Assembly (NCBI RefSeq): GCF_000150275.1
Contig: NW_002060949.1
Span: forward strand, 989,836-1,053,835
Direction of reading: 5' to 3'
DNA length: 64,000 bases
DNA from: Trichoplax adhaerens
Lineage: Eukaryota; Animalia; Placozoa
The notes below the pieces were generated by a model. It was not told the origin of the DNA and made no database searches. It saw only the letters and a program-made list of their open reading frames with translations. The position numbers and the translations under genes are program-made. Below, in pieces: positions 28,301-41,687 of this stretch. The number at the start of each line of letters is the position of its first letter. Position 1 is the stretch's first letter.

Positions 28301-31300
28301 AGAAATTTCCATTTAGGGCATAATGCAAGACATATGTTCTTATATTTTAAAATGAATAATAAAATACGATCGAGTAGATGTAAAGATGAAATAGTCGTTA
28401 AATAGCGAAAGCATCGACATCACAGGGAAGACAAGCTATTTAAATTGTAAGCTAGTTATAAGATTAAATTTGTTATCATTGATATCAAAATTATCCAATT
28501 ATCCAATATTTGTTGTGTAAGAGCAACAAATACTGCTCTTAACTTTAGACTTTATTGCTATATTGCTTTATATGAACATCGATTTATTCTGTACTTTGAA
28601 CTATTGAATGGCAATAACGATCAAATGAATTGCTTTCAGTACGATAAACTTTTGATCGATATCGACAAACGTTAGTCATTACTATTGGCCTTAGCTTGAC
28701 TATCTTACCCTACTTTGATCATCCCCTGAACATTGCCAGACACGTTCTCACAGCATCATGGTTGCCAGTAATCATTTGATCTGTGCGATGGTGTCGGCAA
28801 AATTCAAACAATCATATGGTAGTGTAAAACGATTCAAACAAGGTCTACTATAAGTTTATACTAATGCTAGTAGCGCATATAAGGCAACCAAATATATCGA
28901 TTTATTTTCCATCCTGGTGATTGATGAATGAAAATGATACAAATAAATTCGTAGCACGTAAGTGCATATATAATCTTTTGTTCGAATTTTTAAAACCATG
29001 CAGGTCATTTAATCAATCAATTGCCTAAATTTTGATAAAAATAAGAGGAAAGTAACTCTGCCAATTGCGAAATATAATGGATATCTGATTGAATTATTTT
29101 ATATACAAGTATATGAATATCTTAATGAGTTTACTAGTCTTTGTTAAATTTGACATTATCAGGGCAGCTATAATCATTGGTGAATTATTAATTTGATGAT
29201 TCATCCATTGTAAACTACTACTGCGTAGTAACTGATTAATATTTCTGAATTATTAATTTATCCTGCATGATCATGCCACGGGATTAACCATGGGACAAAT
29301 GAATGTTACCACTAGGACAGTTTTATCCTCGTGTATCGATATCATCTTATTTACTTCCAATAACTCTGTATAAATACCGTACTGAAAAGAAATGATATTA
29401 TCTCAATTTCTGTTAGTACGCACGATGCAATATTTTTAAAGTTGCATAATAAAGAAGAAAACTGAAACATTAATGTTATATTAATCGATAATGTTGACAG
29501 AATTAGTCATCGTTAATGTTTTATCATGTTAATCCATGATCGATTGACTGATTGCATAAAAATTGATCTTAAAGATTAAGTGGGTGGGTAGTAAATCAAC
29601 AGTTGAACAATAGCGATGGAATGAGAGGTAAGTGTCTATCAACCTCAGCCTAATACTAATAATCCCACATTAATAAGAAAGACAATTCTTAACTTATGAT
29701 ATCATTCTTATTTTTATTGATTACTTAGTTGCAACATAATGAAAAATTATATTATTACTACTATAGCTAGAAGGATGATGCCATCTGCTATATATTTACT
29801 TAACTAATCTCAAAGACACTTCTACCGCTAGGTAACAGTATTTCTGTGATATCGATCCTATGCTGATAGGAGTGTATTCAATTATTATATCAATTTAGGA
29901 TTAAAAATATACGAAAGAGTAATCAAACCTAAATATCACTAAGAAAAAGAATTTCCTAACGATCCATGTGCCAAATAAGATTGTCTATAGAAACAGCCTA
30001 TTATAAGCGCTTACTTTGTGATAACACGGTATTTCAGTATGATATGTACTTTTAATATTCGTATATGCCGCTGTGATACAAGAATAAATGGCATTTTCAC
30101 CTATCAACTCCTTAAAGCTACCGCACTAGTCCATAATATACATATAATAAAAGCACGCGATAGATTAATGGCTATTTAGATGCAAGAAAGGTTCATTTCT
30201 CACGATAAGTACGTACAATAAATGGAAATGTAAACTCATTGAGGTCATAACAACACAAAATCAGAGCTTAACAATTCGTCTCCATAGTATGTTCAGGTTT
30301 ACTGTCCAATTGATTTAATCATCGTTAAATTACACCCCTATCCTTCTAGAATTTATCATAGGGCAATTAATCAATTATGATTTCCTGTAACGTAATTGTG
30401 TACAATCTTTTATTGCTACTATCAAAACAAAGTGGCAGAGAACAACAGCCGACTACTCTATGCCATAGATAAATTACAATTAACAAATAATAAGTAGAAT
30501 AGATGTATCCGATTTAATAGAATTGCCAATCAGAAAAGCAGAGCTAATACACAACGAAATTTATTATTATTTACTCTGATGTTTTGAAATGATAAATATA
30601 TGGTAATGTTTAAAAAATGATGATCTAGTTCAATACTAAGGTATCCTTTTATGCAAAACATTTGATTGTTATCGAATAAATCAATCATGCAATCGATGAT
30701 TCATGCTAACAATTTGTTATGTAATTGCACTCTGATAGCAACAATTAAATGATATAGGCATATGACTTGCGAATTAATGGAATTTTTTCAAGTTTTTCTT
30801 TGCTATTTTGATGTTAAAGTCAAAAGAAGGGAAATTATCTTTGTTAAATGTCAATTAAAGCTGATTAAGTTCATAATTAACATTTTTAGTATGAATAAAT
30901 TGATTTAATTTAATTCGATCGTAAAACGCCTCAAATTAAAATACTAGCGATCACACAAATCCACTGCTAAATCTAATGTATCATCATTTGAAATCTGTCA
31001 TGACAGAAAACCTAGTTTTTACGTGATTCACTGTATTTCGTGTTGTATCTAAGGGACCTAGAAGTCCATGTTATGGATCATATCATGGATAGCTATATTA
31101 TCGTAGTTGCGCTATCAAATTATGAATACGTGAATTGCCTATGTCTCGCTATCCATATTTTAGAATAGCCAACATATTTACAACTAATACTAACTGGTAA
31201 TACAAATAAAAATAATATTAGGTGGTTTTCGAATGTATCTCAAGAAAATAAATCTATTGAAGGTGCTAAAGAAATAACAAGAAATCAAAATATCATCATT

Positions 31301-34300
31301 TTTAATTTCTAGCCTAACAGTTTCAGAAAATGGCAGGCATAGTTTCAAAGTTTAATATTTTGATTAGTATAATTATTGTATTATTGATAGTTTGTATGCT
31401 CAAAATAAGTTTGGCAAACAGATTAAGGAACAATATTCAAATCTATGTCAATAACATGTATTCTTGCAACTGTATACAACAATCTTATTGACGTATTAAT
31501 CATCACATTGATTTTTGAAATTGCCGGTATCAGAATAATCCGTTTAATTTTGTTTCTATTATGCAATTTATTCCAAATTCAGTAATTAAAATACTAGCTT
31601 AAACTTTACGCTCTAAGATCTACCAAGGAATTGTTCAGGGAAATAGCCTTGGATATACTTCTAATTATCAATAAAAAAAAATACGACATTAAACTTTCAA
31701 ATAATTGTTATTATGAGCGTTCTGAAATATTATTCAGGTTGTTTTATATTACTCATTAATGTTCAGTCTGTTAAGAAGTAGGTATTATTATTATAAGTAA
31801 TAGCTCAATAAAGGAATCAACTTTTGTTTTAAAAAGCTACTTCCATTCTATTATATTCAAAGTGGATAGTAAAGGATCGGAACAGGAAGTAAAAGTCGAC
31901 TTTTGATACACCTCAAGATTTACACCCACCCTCTGATAAATAGAAGAATGGGAAGCTTAAAAGAGGAAGAATTTAACCTGGATAATTCAGGCGCCTGGTA
32001 CTATTTAAAGATATTTGATGTGAATAAACTGATCAAGTGATCATTCTATCACATTATTGTAAAGGTAGTTTTATTCAATGGCAACAATTCATATTTTTAT
32101 CGTCAAAGAGCCCTTTAATAAATATGATTATTGTCTTTATCTTTTGCAGCATGGTAGCTGAAGGATATCTTTTCGAGCCTGTAAAAATAACATCCGAATG
32201 CCAACCTAATCAGATTGTAATGAAGTTTAAAAAGTTCCGCATTATAGAATAAATTGGTTATCATGATAGTAGTTTCGTAGTATCATAGATACAAAGGTTA
32301 CTACATAAGTTTTAAAAAGTAAATTAAAATGAAATATGACTGGTGTTGATAAGGTAGATATATCGAATTAGTAGAACAGCCAAGTGCTAAAGTTATCTAA
32401 TGTTAATGATATTTCATTAATTAATCAAAAATTGTTCAAATCCTGCTACGCATATAACTACTATCCATTTGATGTATTTTAGTCCACTTTATTGGTCTAT
32501 GCAGTATAATTTATATCATGCAATATGCCAATCATGCAGTTAATTAATTAATCATTATGTAATACAACTGTTGGATGAATCATTGTTTGTATTTCGTTTT
32601 AAATTTAGATATTTTTAAATATATCTAGAAAACTTTTGATGCCTTATAAAAAGACGTCATCTACCGATATGAGGGTTAATAAAGGAGTAAGCTGAAGTCG
32701 TAACACCAAAATAATAATTAAAATAATGGTAAATGGTAACTTTACAACTTCATTTTATATCTACGTATGTTGATTGAATATTTTAAATTTTTAAATATTA
32801 GATTATTCCCCAAAATTAAATGGCCTTGTTTGTCTTTACTATACAAGAATATGTGACTCATCGCATTTTTATCTTTTCTTATATGTTAGAATTTATGACC
32901 ATTTCTACCAAATAAGAATTCAAACGATTTATGAAAGTTGCACTTATTATGACAATTCAGATTACGGTACCATTAGCAATTCTTATTTTCGCAACTTTAT
33001 CTACTGTTCACATTATAGCACGCACCTAAAATAAATATCTAAATCCATTATGCTAAATATAAAGCAATGGAGTTAGAATTACATAACACATTATGAATAG
33101 CTAGCGCTAATATATCTTATCGAATTTCATTTAATGAAAGCAGTTAAAGCTCCCAGTCAATTAAACAATGTAGTATAAACATTTTAAATATTACCTATTT
33201 CAGAAGATTGAAATAGGAAAAGCTTTATTTAGATGGAAGAATTTTACACTTATTGCTTCAATATTAATCCTTATTCTGACTACTGCATAGACATGCCAAG
33301 AAGATCATAATATTTTCTATATATAATTTAATGCAAAGGTCTTTTTAAAGATCTTCTGATCTTTAATTTTTATCCACGTGTAAATTGAACCCTAACCTCT
33401 CTCCATTAGTATCATATTTCTATAAGCAGTAAATTGAGAGTTTACTTTCGTTATAAAATAACCATGTAATGAAAAACCTTAATTAATCGCACGAAAGATT
33501 AATTTTTTATGAAATTTAGACTAGACTCATAATCAATAATCAATTAAATATATTTAATAATTCTAGACGTTAATATCTGTCTGGGATAAAATAATGATGA
33601 AATACGAAATAAACAATCCTACTGTATAGGGTATAGAAGGTATGCAGTATGAGTCATAGATATCTAATACCTATAGACGGTATCACGTTTAAGATGCTAT
33701 AGTAATAAGTAAATTATATATAAATGATGGCATTCTTACTGGTTATATCACTAGCTTCGAGGTAAATTGCCATCGAGATAGTATTTTTCCATCCATATTA
33801 ATCATGTCTTCTGCTGTGTCACTGTATGATATATATATATTTTACTTTCATAAAAAATGAAGTCGCCAACATTGAATAGTTAGTTATCATACCTAAGTAC
33901 TGTAGTAATAATGCAACGTATAGATGATCAAACGATAGCTACAGTAACTGTCATCATCAACTCCAATTGTATGCCCTAGTATGTAATATATTGGATTTTT
34001 GAAATTTTTTAACGCCAAATATACTGTAGAGTCATCAATATTTTAATAATTATTACTAATATTAAATTATTGCTAATTTATCGTTAAGTAATTGTAGGCG
34101 ATGGCTGCAATTAAATGATAGCATTCAATTGAATATATTAGGTCATCCTAAATTGAATTTAATATTATCTGAAACTATTGTGATTATGCAGACGACGCCA
34201 CCTTATCAGTAAAATGATGATAAAACTAAAACTAATAGGTTTGAAGGAGGAAATAATAATCTAGATCAAAAATATATATGCCCACGCTTTAAGGTAAAAG

Positions 34301-36359
34301 AAGATAGCACTGTAGCATAAGCGCCCAACTGTCAAAATTATTTTCATCAATTATCTGCAATAAGATGATTAATCATCATCAATGTTAATAATTACAAATG
34401 CAAAGATGATTAAGAAACAAACTTAATTTGACATAACTGTTGTTACACCAACGTAATCCGTTGTCAGTCATGGTGGCCTATTATTACTGGTATATATAGA
34501 CTACTGAAGCTGATATAGTTGATAATAGAATAACGAATTCAGAATTGATCTTCAAATTAGCCCCTCCTATCAATAAATCGACCTATATAATCATGTTTGT
34601 TTTACTATATTTTCCTTATATTTTATTGACATATAATCCCCAACTAAGTACGCCATGGAGTTGATTATATTATTAGTAGGGCGGTAAGAACACAGAAGAT
34701 ACAGCTCATCCAATCAAATGTGCTCTGCATAAAGTGTGACTGCACATTTTCTCAATATTTTCTAGTTGATGTAACGTTATCTTCCAACTTAGTCTACCAA
34801 AACAACATCTTTTAGTGTCTTGATTTGATAAGAAATGAACAACTCGACCTCACCAATGGAATAAAATTTAATACGTGAGGAAGTAAAAACAGATGATAGA
34901 AGATTGGCAGATTACTTACTATCTCGACCCATTACTTTTTCGTACACGTACCACCTGTCTCCTTATTCTCATGACCTCAGAGTAGTTATCTTATTGTTTC
35001 CAGCCTTATCACATGCAATTTAATAAATAAAATAGTATTGATGGCTGTCTTTAATGTAGATAAAGTGAGACAACAAAAATCTACTTAAGTAGTAAGAGTT
35101 GATTAATCAAACGCTAAACACCCAGGTAATCACATGCGCTGAAATCCGTCAGGTCTAAAGTACTGTAGTGTATGCACACATACGACGGAGTTAAAGTTGA
35201 CACACCTCCTGTCCTACCTTGAAAAGAATAAGGTATAAACGATGCATAATAGTACCTAACTGTAAATTAACTCCCCTCCTTTCTCGTCATGAACTTACTG
35301 GCATTATTTAAACTGACAGATACAGTTTGCGATATATTTTCTAGCCTGTCTGGATTTTATGATAAGCAAGGGAGTTAATTGCTCTTGATTGATATTGTAT
35401 CTCCCCCCTGCAGTGTCTACATGCTTGAATAATACAAGTTGACCAATGATGATGACATCGATCTAGATCTGATTGAGACAATTTTTTGTCGCTTCTGACT
35501 CTTTGACGTAACCGTATCAGTCATAGTGATTTAATTAATGTTTTAAGTAGGTAGACAGATACATTCGAATAAAAAGCTTAATATTTTATTGCGCGGATGA
35601 GACAGCAATAATAATAAATAATATAATCAATTCATCATTTTAGTTATCGTCGATTGTTCTATTTTCACTAAATTGTTAACTGTTGTGTCGCTAGCCCTGG
35701 CTGGAGTACCGTAATAACAAGTTATTTTTTAACTCTTTTCCAATAATATGATACCAATATAGTAGCATTTTAATCCTGTCAATGCGCTATTAATCATATC
35801 CTATCAACATCATTTTAAACAATTTCTTCAATTAATTCTAAATTACTATACTACTACTAGATAGTTAAAAAATATTTTTAATATAGCTTTTGCATTGATT
35901 CTCCATAATGGAAAATGAATTGAAGATCCTATGGCTGTCATTTAATATACGTTATCGAGTATAGATTAAAAAAAGTGAATAAAGATTGGCTGAAAAATGA
36001 ATTCTTTGATGAAAAGTATTTTTCCACTAATTGACTGTACATCGATTATTGATGTCTGCAAAATTTTAACTTAGCTGTTAATAGTGTCGGTTGATAACGA
36101 TCGAGGTTAAGATAGTCAATATTTCAACATAGATATTAAAGTCTATGCTTCATCATTGAAGTTTGTATTAGCTCAACATTTAATAATTGCATTGTTAATA
36201 AAGGTTGGAATATTGATTATTTTAATAATATCATCTCATTTAACTATCAATAGAATAAAATAGTGCTAAAAGAATAGACAACACTGCAAGAATCTATAGT
36301 AAATTCCATTGTTTTCATCGACAATAAACCTAACACAAACACAAGCTTATCACCAGCCG

Positions 36360-36379
36360 TGACTCAAAGTCTATATAAG
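36360..36379 (+). promoter_or_regulatory. Candidate distal core promoter of the TGF-beta ligand gene: AP-1 site plus TATA box
   Basis: TGACTCA at 36360-36366 followed by TATATAAG at 36372-36379. A second TATATAAG lies at 36890-36897. Confidence 0.5.
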
Positions 36380-36941
36380 CAGATGACATCGTGCTAATTA
36401 GCTCAACTTGCAAGTTTACACAGCATTGGATGAAGTCATTGCTTGATTTAGTCAGTCTTACACTATCAAGAACTTCCATTACAAGCCACTACCTAGAAGA
36501 TAATTCTCATCGTACAGGCAAGGCAAACATTTTATAACTAATACTACTTCCTCAACATAGCCCCATTCCATTAAATCGATTTGGCCCATTTTCCACGCTC
36601 ATCTTGAAGACTTTTCCTTCTACTTTCATCTCAGCTATCATTTTTTCTCCCTTGATCGTTTTTATCCAATTTGAAAAAGTACTGAATTAGAAAATCGTCT
36701 TCATAATCTAAGTTTTTTTTCCTTTGGTTACTTCCTCCTCAAATCTTCAAATTTGTGCGTGTGTGTTAGTGCGCGCTTGTTGCATCCAAATTCCTTTTTA
36801 TTTCTATACCTAAACTTGTTGACAACACCTTACTAAGCATTTCAAAAGATATAAACTATCCCGTCAAATAGCGTTTTTTCTCCTGCTTTTATATAAGTCT
36901 ATTCATATTGGTTGACTCTTGATCCCTTTGATTTCGTGCCG

Positions 36942-39900
36942 ATGATGGTAGAAAAAATGCCTTTTACCGCTTATGTTGTCTTAGCCATGACGATAGTCTG
37001 GGCTACCACCTGTAACCATGTTGCCTTGTCGGCTTCGGTCAGAAATAATATACCTAAAGCTGGCGACAAGAACGCTCTTGGTGGTAAACTTGCAAATATG
37101 CCATTATTTCGTACATTGGATACTGATAACAGTGAAACTACCACAGATCAAAAAGATAAAACTGATGCAAAGGACGATGACAGCCTCCTTTCAGATCTTA
37201 GCAAAATCAATGTAACGCAATTTCGTATCGATAGAATTAAAGCTAAGATTCTACGTAAAATACGCTTAACGGAACCTCCCAAAGTTGGTGACGACTTACG
37301 TGATCGGGTAGTACCGAAACAAATTTTTAATTTAAACTATCAAGTTGAAGAGTCTCGTCACGATCCTGAAAATATGGATGAAACTGAATTCTACGGCAAA
37401 ACAACTCAATTATTCGTTTTTGGTGAACACGGTAAGCCAAAAAATGATTTACGAGCATTTTTATACGCGTTACTTTCATTACTTATAGCTTCTCTCGCTG
37501 TTTTATCTCTAAATGCTGCAAATTGAGAAAATTAGCACAACATCACTTACGTCTATAGATGCGAGTATGTATATGTCATACAGTACGTACAGTAGATAAA
37601 GTTATAAATGTTGCCCTTGACATTTAATACCATACACATACGTACACATATAGGTTATAATGCTAATTTCAACCTAAACACTTTGCATACCAACGTACAT
37701 GGGCAATATATGGAATAATTAAATTAAAAAATGGAATACTGTAGACATTTTATAGCATCTATTATTGTATTTCAACTTCGATAGAGATATGGATAACCAT
37801 CAAATATTAAATCAATTTCATAAAGCTTCCTTTTTTACTTTCTGATTATTTTTTTCCGTATCTAATTACCGATTAATCTCTTGCGTTGAAACGATTACCG
37901 ATTCAAAGTGACAACTAATAAGATTAATATTGAAATAGATAGTTCAATGCCGTGCCCAATCATTTTAACCTTATGAATAATCTATTATTGATTCATAACA
38001 TTTTAAATTAGTAAAACAATACACCGCTGTTGTCTGTTTTTGTCTTGTGATAGGCTACAATCGAAATATTTATATGACGATAATTACGTTATAGTTAAGT
38101 AGTTTCAAAAAAGGGAGGATATTAAAACAAAGGTTATTACTGTAATATAAGATTAAAACTATGTAGATCTTAACTTTTACTAACAAAATACGTCTTAAAA
38201 TAATGAAATCGATTTCATATGTTAAATTAATAGTCATGCACTAGTAGAGTTAACAGTTTGGAATGAGTTTCGATCAATTTTCTATTTACCTTCCATTGTG
38301 GCATTCATATACAGGAAAAGGAACAATTTCATTGATTTTTTACAGTACTTTTAGATAGCGGAAAGTAAAAAAATTACGCATGCAAGTTTTTTTGTTTTCG
38401 CAACGTTAGCCACAATATGGAGATTACAACTCAGAGGAGATGGCGCCAGTGGTTGTTACTGTTTTTTTAATTTTCAACATGTCAATACCACATCCTATTT
38501 TTTTATGCAATACCTAACTAGCAAGTATAATTGTTATTAGTCCAACTTAACCCTTTTCATTCAATCTATACAATTTCGCCATTTAAAGTTAGCGATTAGT
38601 ACTGTTTCCACTAGCTGAATTGATATTTTCATCGTCGTAGCACGGACATCATATTCATATACGGATTCCTTACTTTATCCTTCTTTGTTGTCCTTTCCTC
38701 ACTTCATAGTTCTTATTGATCACCATCAATTAATAGTATTAGAGTCAGGTCGTAAGTTATTAAAATTAAAATGATTTCTTAGCATCACTGATAGCGTTGA
38801 TGTTCATTGACTTCTTTGTTTCACCTTCTCCTACTGATATCTCGATCACATTTCGAGTTACAGCTACGATAGTTGTGTTTCAATGTGAAGTTATTTGAAT
38901 CGTGTTGCACGAGTTAGTTTGTACTTCTAGGCAAGAATAATATTTTAATCTTGAGATAACTTTATTCCATGATACTAATATCATGAATAATATTTTAATC
39001 TTGAGATAACTTTATTCCATGATACTAATATCATGATTGTATAGGGTACCAGCTCACATGTCTAAAGATAATCCGATTAAGTGGTTTATTTATCAAGTTG
39101 AAATAGTTTACTGTAAATGCCGACTGAATTTTTTATGACATCTTTTAACGTATACGGAGAATGAAACAATTCTTTTAATTGACAGTCAGGACAAATAAGT
39201 TAATCAATTAGACATTTTCACCCTCGTGCTATGGAATTCCTGATTTTTTCCCACCGATAATGACTTTTAAGAATCCTTCCAATCATTAATCCGTTCTTTT
39301 ATGCTAATAGACGTTTTATAATCTGACTATACAGTAAATTTTAATCAAATAACACCTATGATCTTTTTCCCACGTATAATATTTTGTATTGGTTGAGGCA
39401 ACAAGTAAAACTTTATGTTAATATTTGTTATCAATTTAGTGTATTGAATTTTTTGTAATTGACACCGTTGGCATGTTTTTTAGATGAATACTTCTTTAAT
39501 TTATCAAATTAACGACGTTATTATAATAGAATCAATGTAAGCGAGCCTCTATTACTCGCCCTCTCCGCTGGAGATGGCGAACAGTGACAGTCTATCTCTT
39601 TTTTTTGCTTTTGTCATCATAATAGTCATTAAACAAAAACAACAACAACAACAAATATGATGAAATTAAATGATGCAAATTTGGATCCAAATGGCATAAA
39701 AAAATGAATTAAATGCTTTAATTAAGTTAAACTCGATGTGATATTGGTAGTTTAAGGTTCTAAGTTGAATAATTAACATTCCATACCACACCACATGTTG
39801 TTCTAATGTTCTATAGTTAAATCTTGATTACGCTGTTATTAATCAAAACATTATTCGAGTGGCACCATCAAATTAGCGGTACTAAAAGGTTAAGGTGGCG

Positions 39901-41352
39901 CACGACTATTGCATCTGATCTACTTACTGTCATGGAACTTCCTTATTCTATTCTTCATTTTCATACTAGCATATTACCCACATTTCTCTTTATTGTAAGA
40001 GCATACAGAGCGGAATCAAAAGAGTTTCACCTTAAAAAATAAGTTGTTGAATACAGTTCGCAAATAGGATACTAGTAGAGCATACTTCAGTACTTATTTC
40101 TTTATTACACAGATAGCCATAGCAAGTTCTAAGCTAAACAGATTAAGTGAAATTCTTCTTTATGCTATCTTTATTTTTATTTTTTTGAATCGGAGTAGAT
40201 AAAATTCATTAGTCAATAGTTTGATAAAGTATAATGAGGCCAGTGGCGCCTTAACTTAATTGACAGACAATTTAATTCATAGTTGATACTTCACTTCATT
40301 ATCCCTCATCCTTTTAAATACTAAATTGCTATTTAGAATCATTCTAAAAAATTTTTGACGTCATAAACTACGACAAACGATGACTTATTTTGACTACATA
40401 TAATTATTTCAATTATGCAATGAAAATATGTTTAAAAATGATATTTTGCGCTATAATAAATTTAACTGGAACATTCGTTATTGTAAAATGCTAATTAAAT
40501 CTGAACAACATTGGCTTAAAAGCTGCTATTTTTACCTTTAGACTAAATTTTTCTTGCTTTCTATTTATCTATTGATATCCTTTAGTAACAAAACACTGCA
40601 AGAAACATGCCTGTTTCGATTTTATATTCTCTCATCATCTCATGGAAAAGTTTATCTATTCAGCGGAATTATGGTTCTATCCAGTAACCAGCGAGAGCGA
40701 ATTATTAAAGGTCTACCGTAATGATGCGAATGGTAAAACTTTTATCACATCCCGCTATTCCAATATCTCAAGATATAACGATGGATGGATTAACATCGAT
40801 GTAACGTCAGTAGTTAAAAATTGGTTAAATGGTAATGAAGGTCTGTTAAATAGTATCAAGATTTCCTGCAAAACATGCAAAGACAAGGAAATCCCCTTTA
40901 TTGGCACTACTGGTGCATTAAAACCCTTTTTATCTATTAACACAGCTAAGCCAAAATCAAATCCAAAATCGGGAATAGAGAATTTCTTTAAAAGCAGTAG
41001 CTTTAAAAGCAATAACTTTAAAAGCAGTCCAGTAAATGCATGTCGTAAACAATCAACTCATTGCTGCGTCGAAGAATTCTATATTAACTTTAAAGAAATT
41101 GGTTGGTCAGATTGGATTATATCACCTCAAGGCTATACTGCTAATTATTGTCGTGGCACATGTTTTGGTATGGATAGTTTTGGCTATCGGTTGAAAATTT
41201 TACAAAAGCTGTCAGAAGAAGATAATTCGCTCATTCCTTGCTGTTCACCCGGCAAAATGTCCTCGTTAACCATCATTTATCAAGATAGTAACGGCTATTT
41301 ACACTCCGTTATTTTACCGAATATGAGAGTAGAACAGTGTCAATGTTTCTAG
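36942..41352 (+). CDS. TGF-beta superfamily ligand, activin/inhibin-beta-like (9-cysteine class), two exons
   Basis: Exon 1 (36942-37431): signal peptide and prodomain motif FRIDRIKAKILRKIRLTEPP...EFYGKTTQLFVFGE. Phase-1 intron 37432-40585. Exon 2 (40586-41352): CF.F...SAELWFY, GWINIDVTSVVKNWL, PFL.I, then the cystine knot C-x6-CC...F.EIGWSDWIISPQGYTANYCRGTC...PCCSPGKMS...PNMRVEQCQCF. Confidence 0.93.
38935..39036. repeat. Exact 2 x 50 bp tandem duplication in the TGF-beta ligand intron
   Basis: gaataatattttaatcttgagataactttattccatgatactaatatcat at 38935 and 38985. Confidence 0.95.
40986..41030 (+). repeat. Coding 3 x 15 bp tandem repeat (FKSSS-FKSNN-FKSSP) at the prodomain/mature domain junction
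   Basis: ctttaaaagcagtag | ctttaaaagcaataa | ctttaaaagcagtcc. Confidence 0.9.
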
Positions 41353-41627
41353 CCTATATCTTCAATCACTAATATAATGAACCTGGAAATTAGGATACAC
41401 CATTAAATTTCTAATGTAATTTTTCTTTGATTTTTCCTTCTGACCTAAGTTTAATACAAATATCCGTTCTTGCAATTATGTCCATAGTAGAATTAAAAAA
41501 AATAGCTAATTCTACGAAAGAGTAAGACGAGAAATCGAAATGGTGAGTACAGCCTAAACATTTATACAACGATATCAAATTTAGTTATGCAGTGGAATAT
41601 AATATAGCTGCGATAAAGAAGAATAAT

Positions 41628-41687
41628 AAGAGAGAGGGCGAGAGAGAAAAAAAGAGGAAAGAAAGACAAAAGAGAGATAAAGGAGAA
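41628..41687. repeat. Purine-rich (GA) low-complexity tract downstream of the ligand stop codon
   Basis: aagagagagggcgagagagaaaaaaagaggaaagaaagacaaaagagagataaaggagaa. Confidence 0.7.

Noticed and set aside
36912-37526. 204-aa track ORF read as a standalone membrane protein
   Set aside because: It is exon 1 of the TGF-beta ligand. The hydrophobic tail is intron read-through past the donor at 37432, and the TTG start lies upstream of the likely ATG at 36942.
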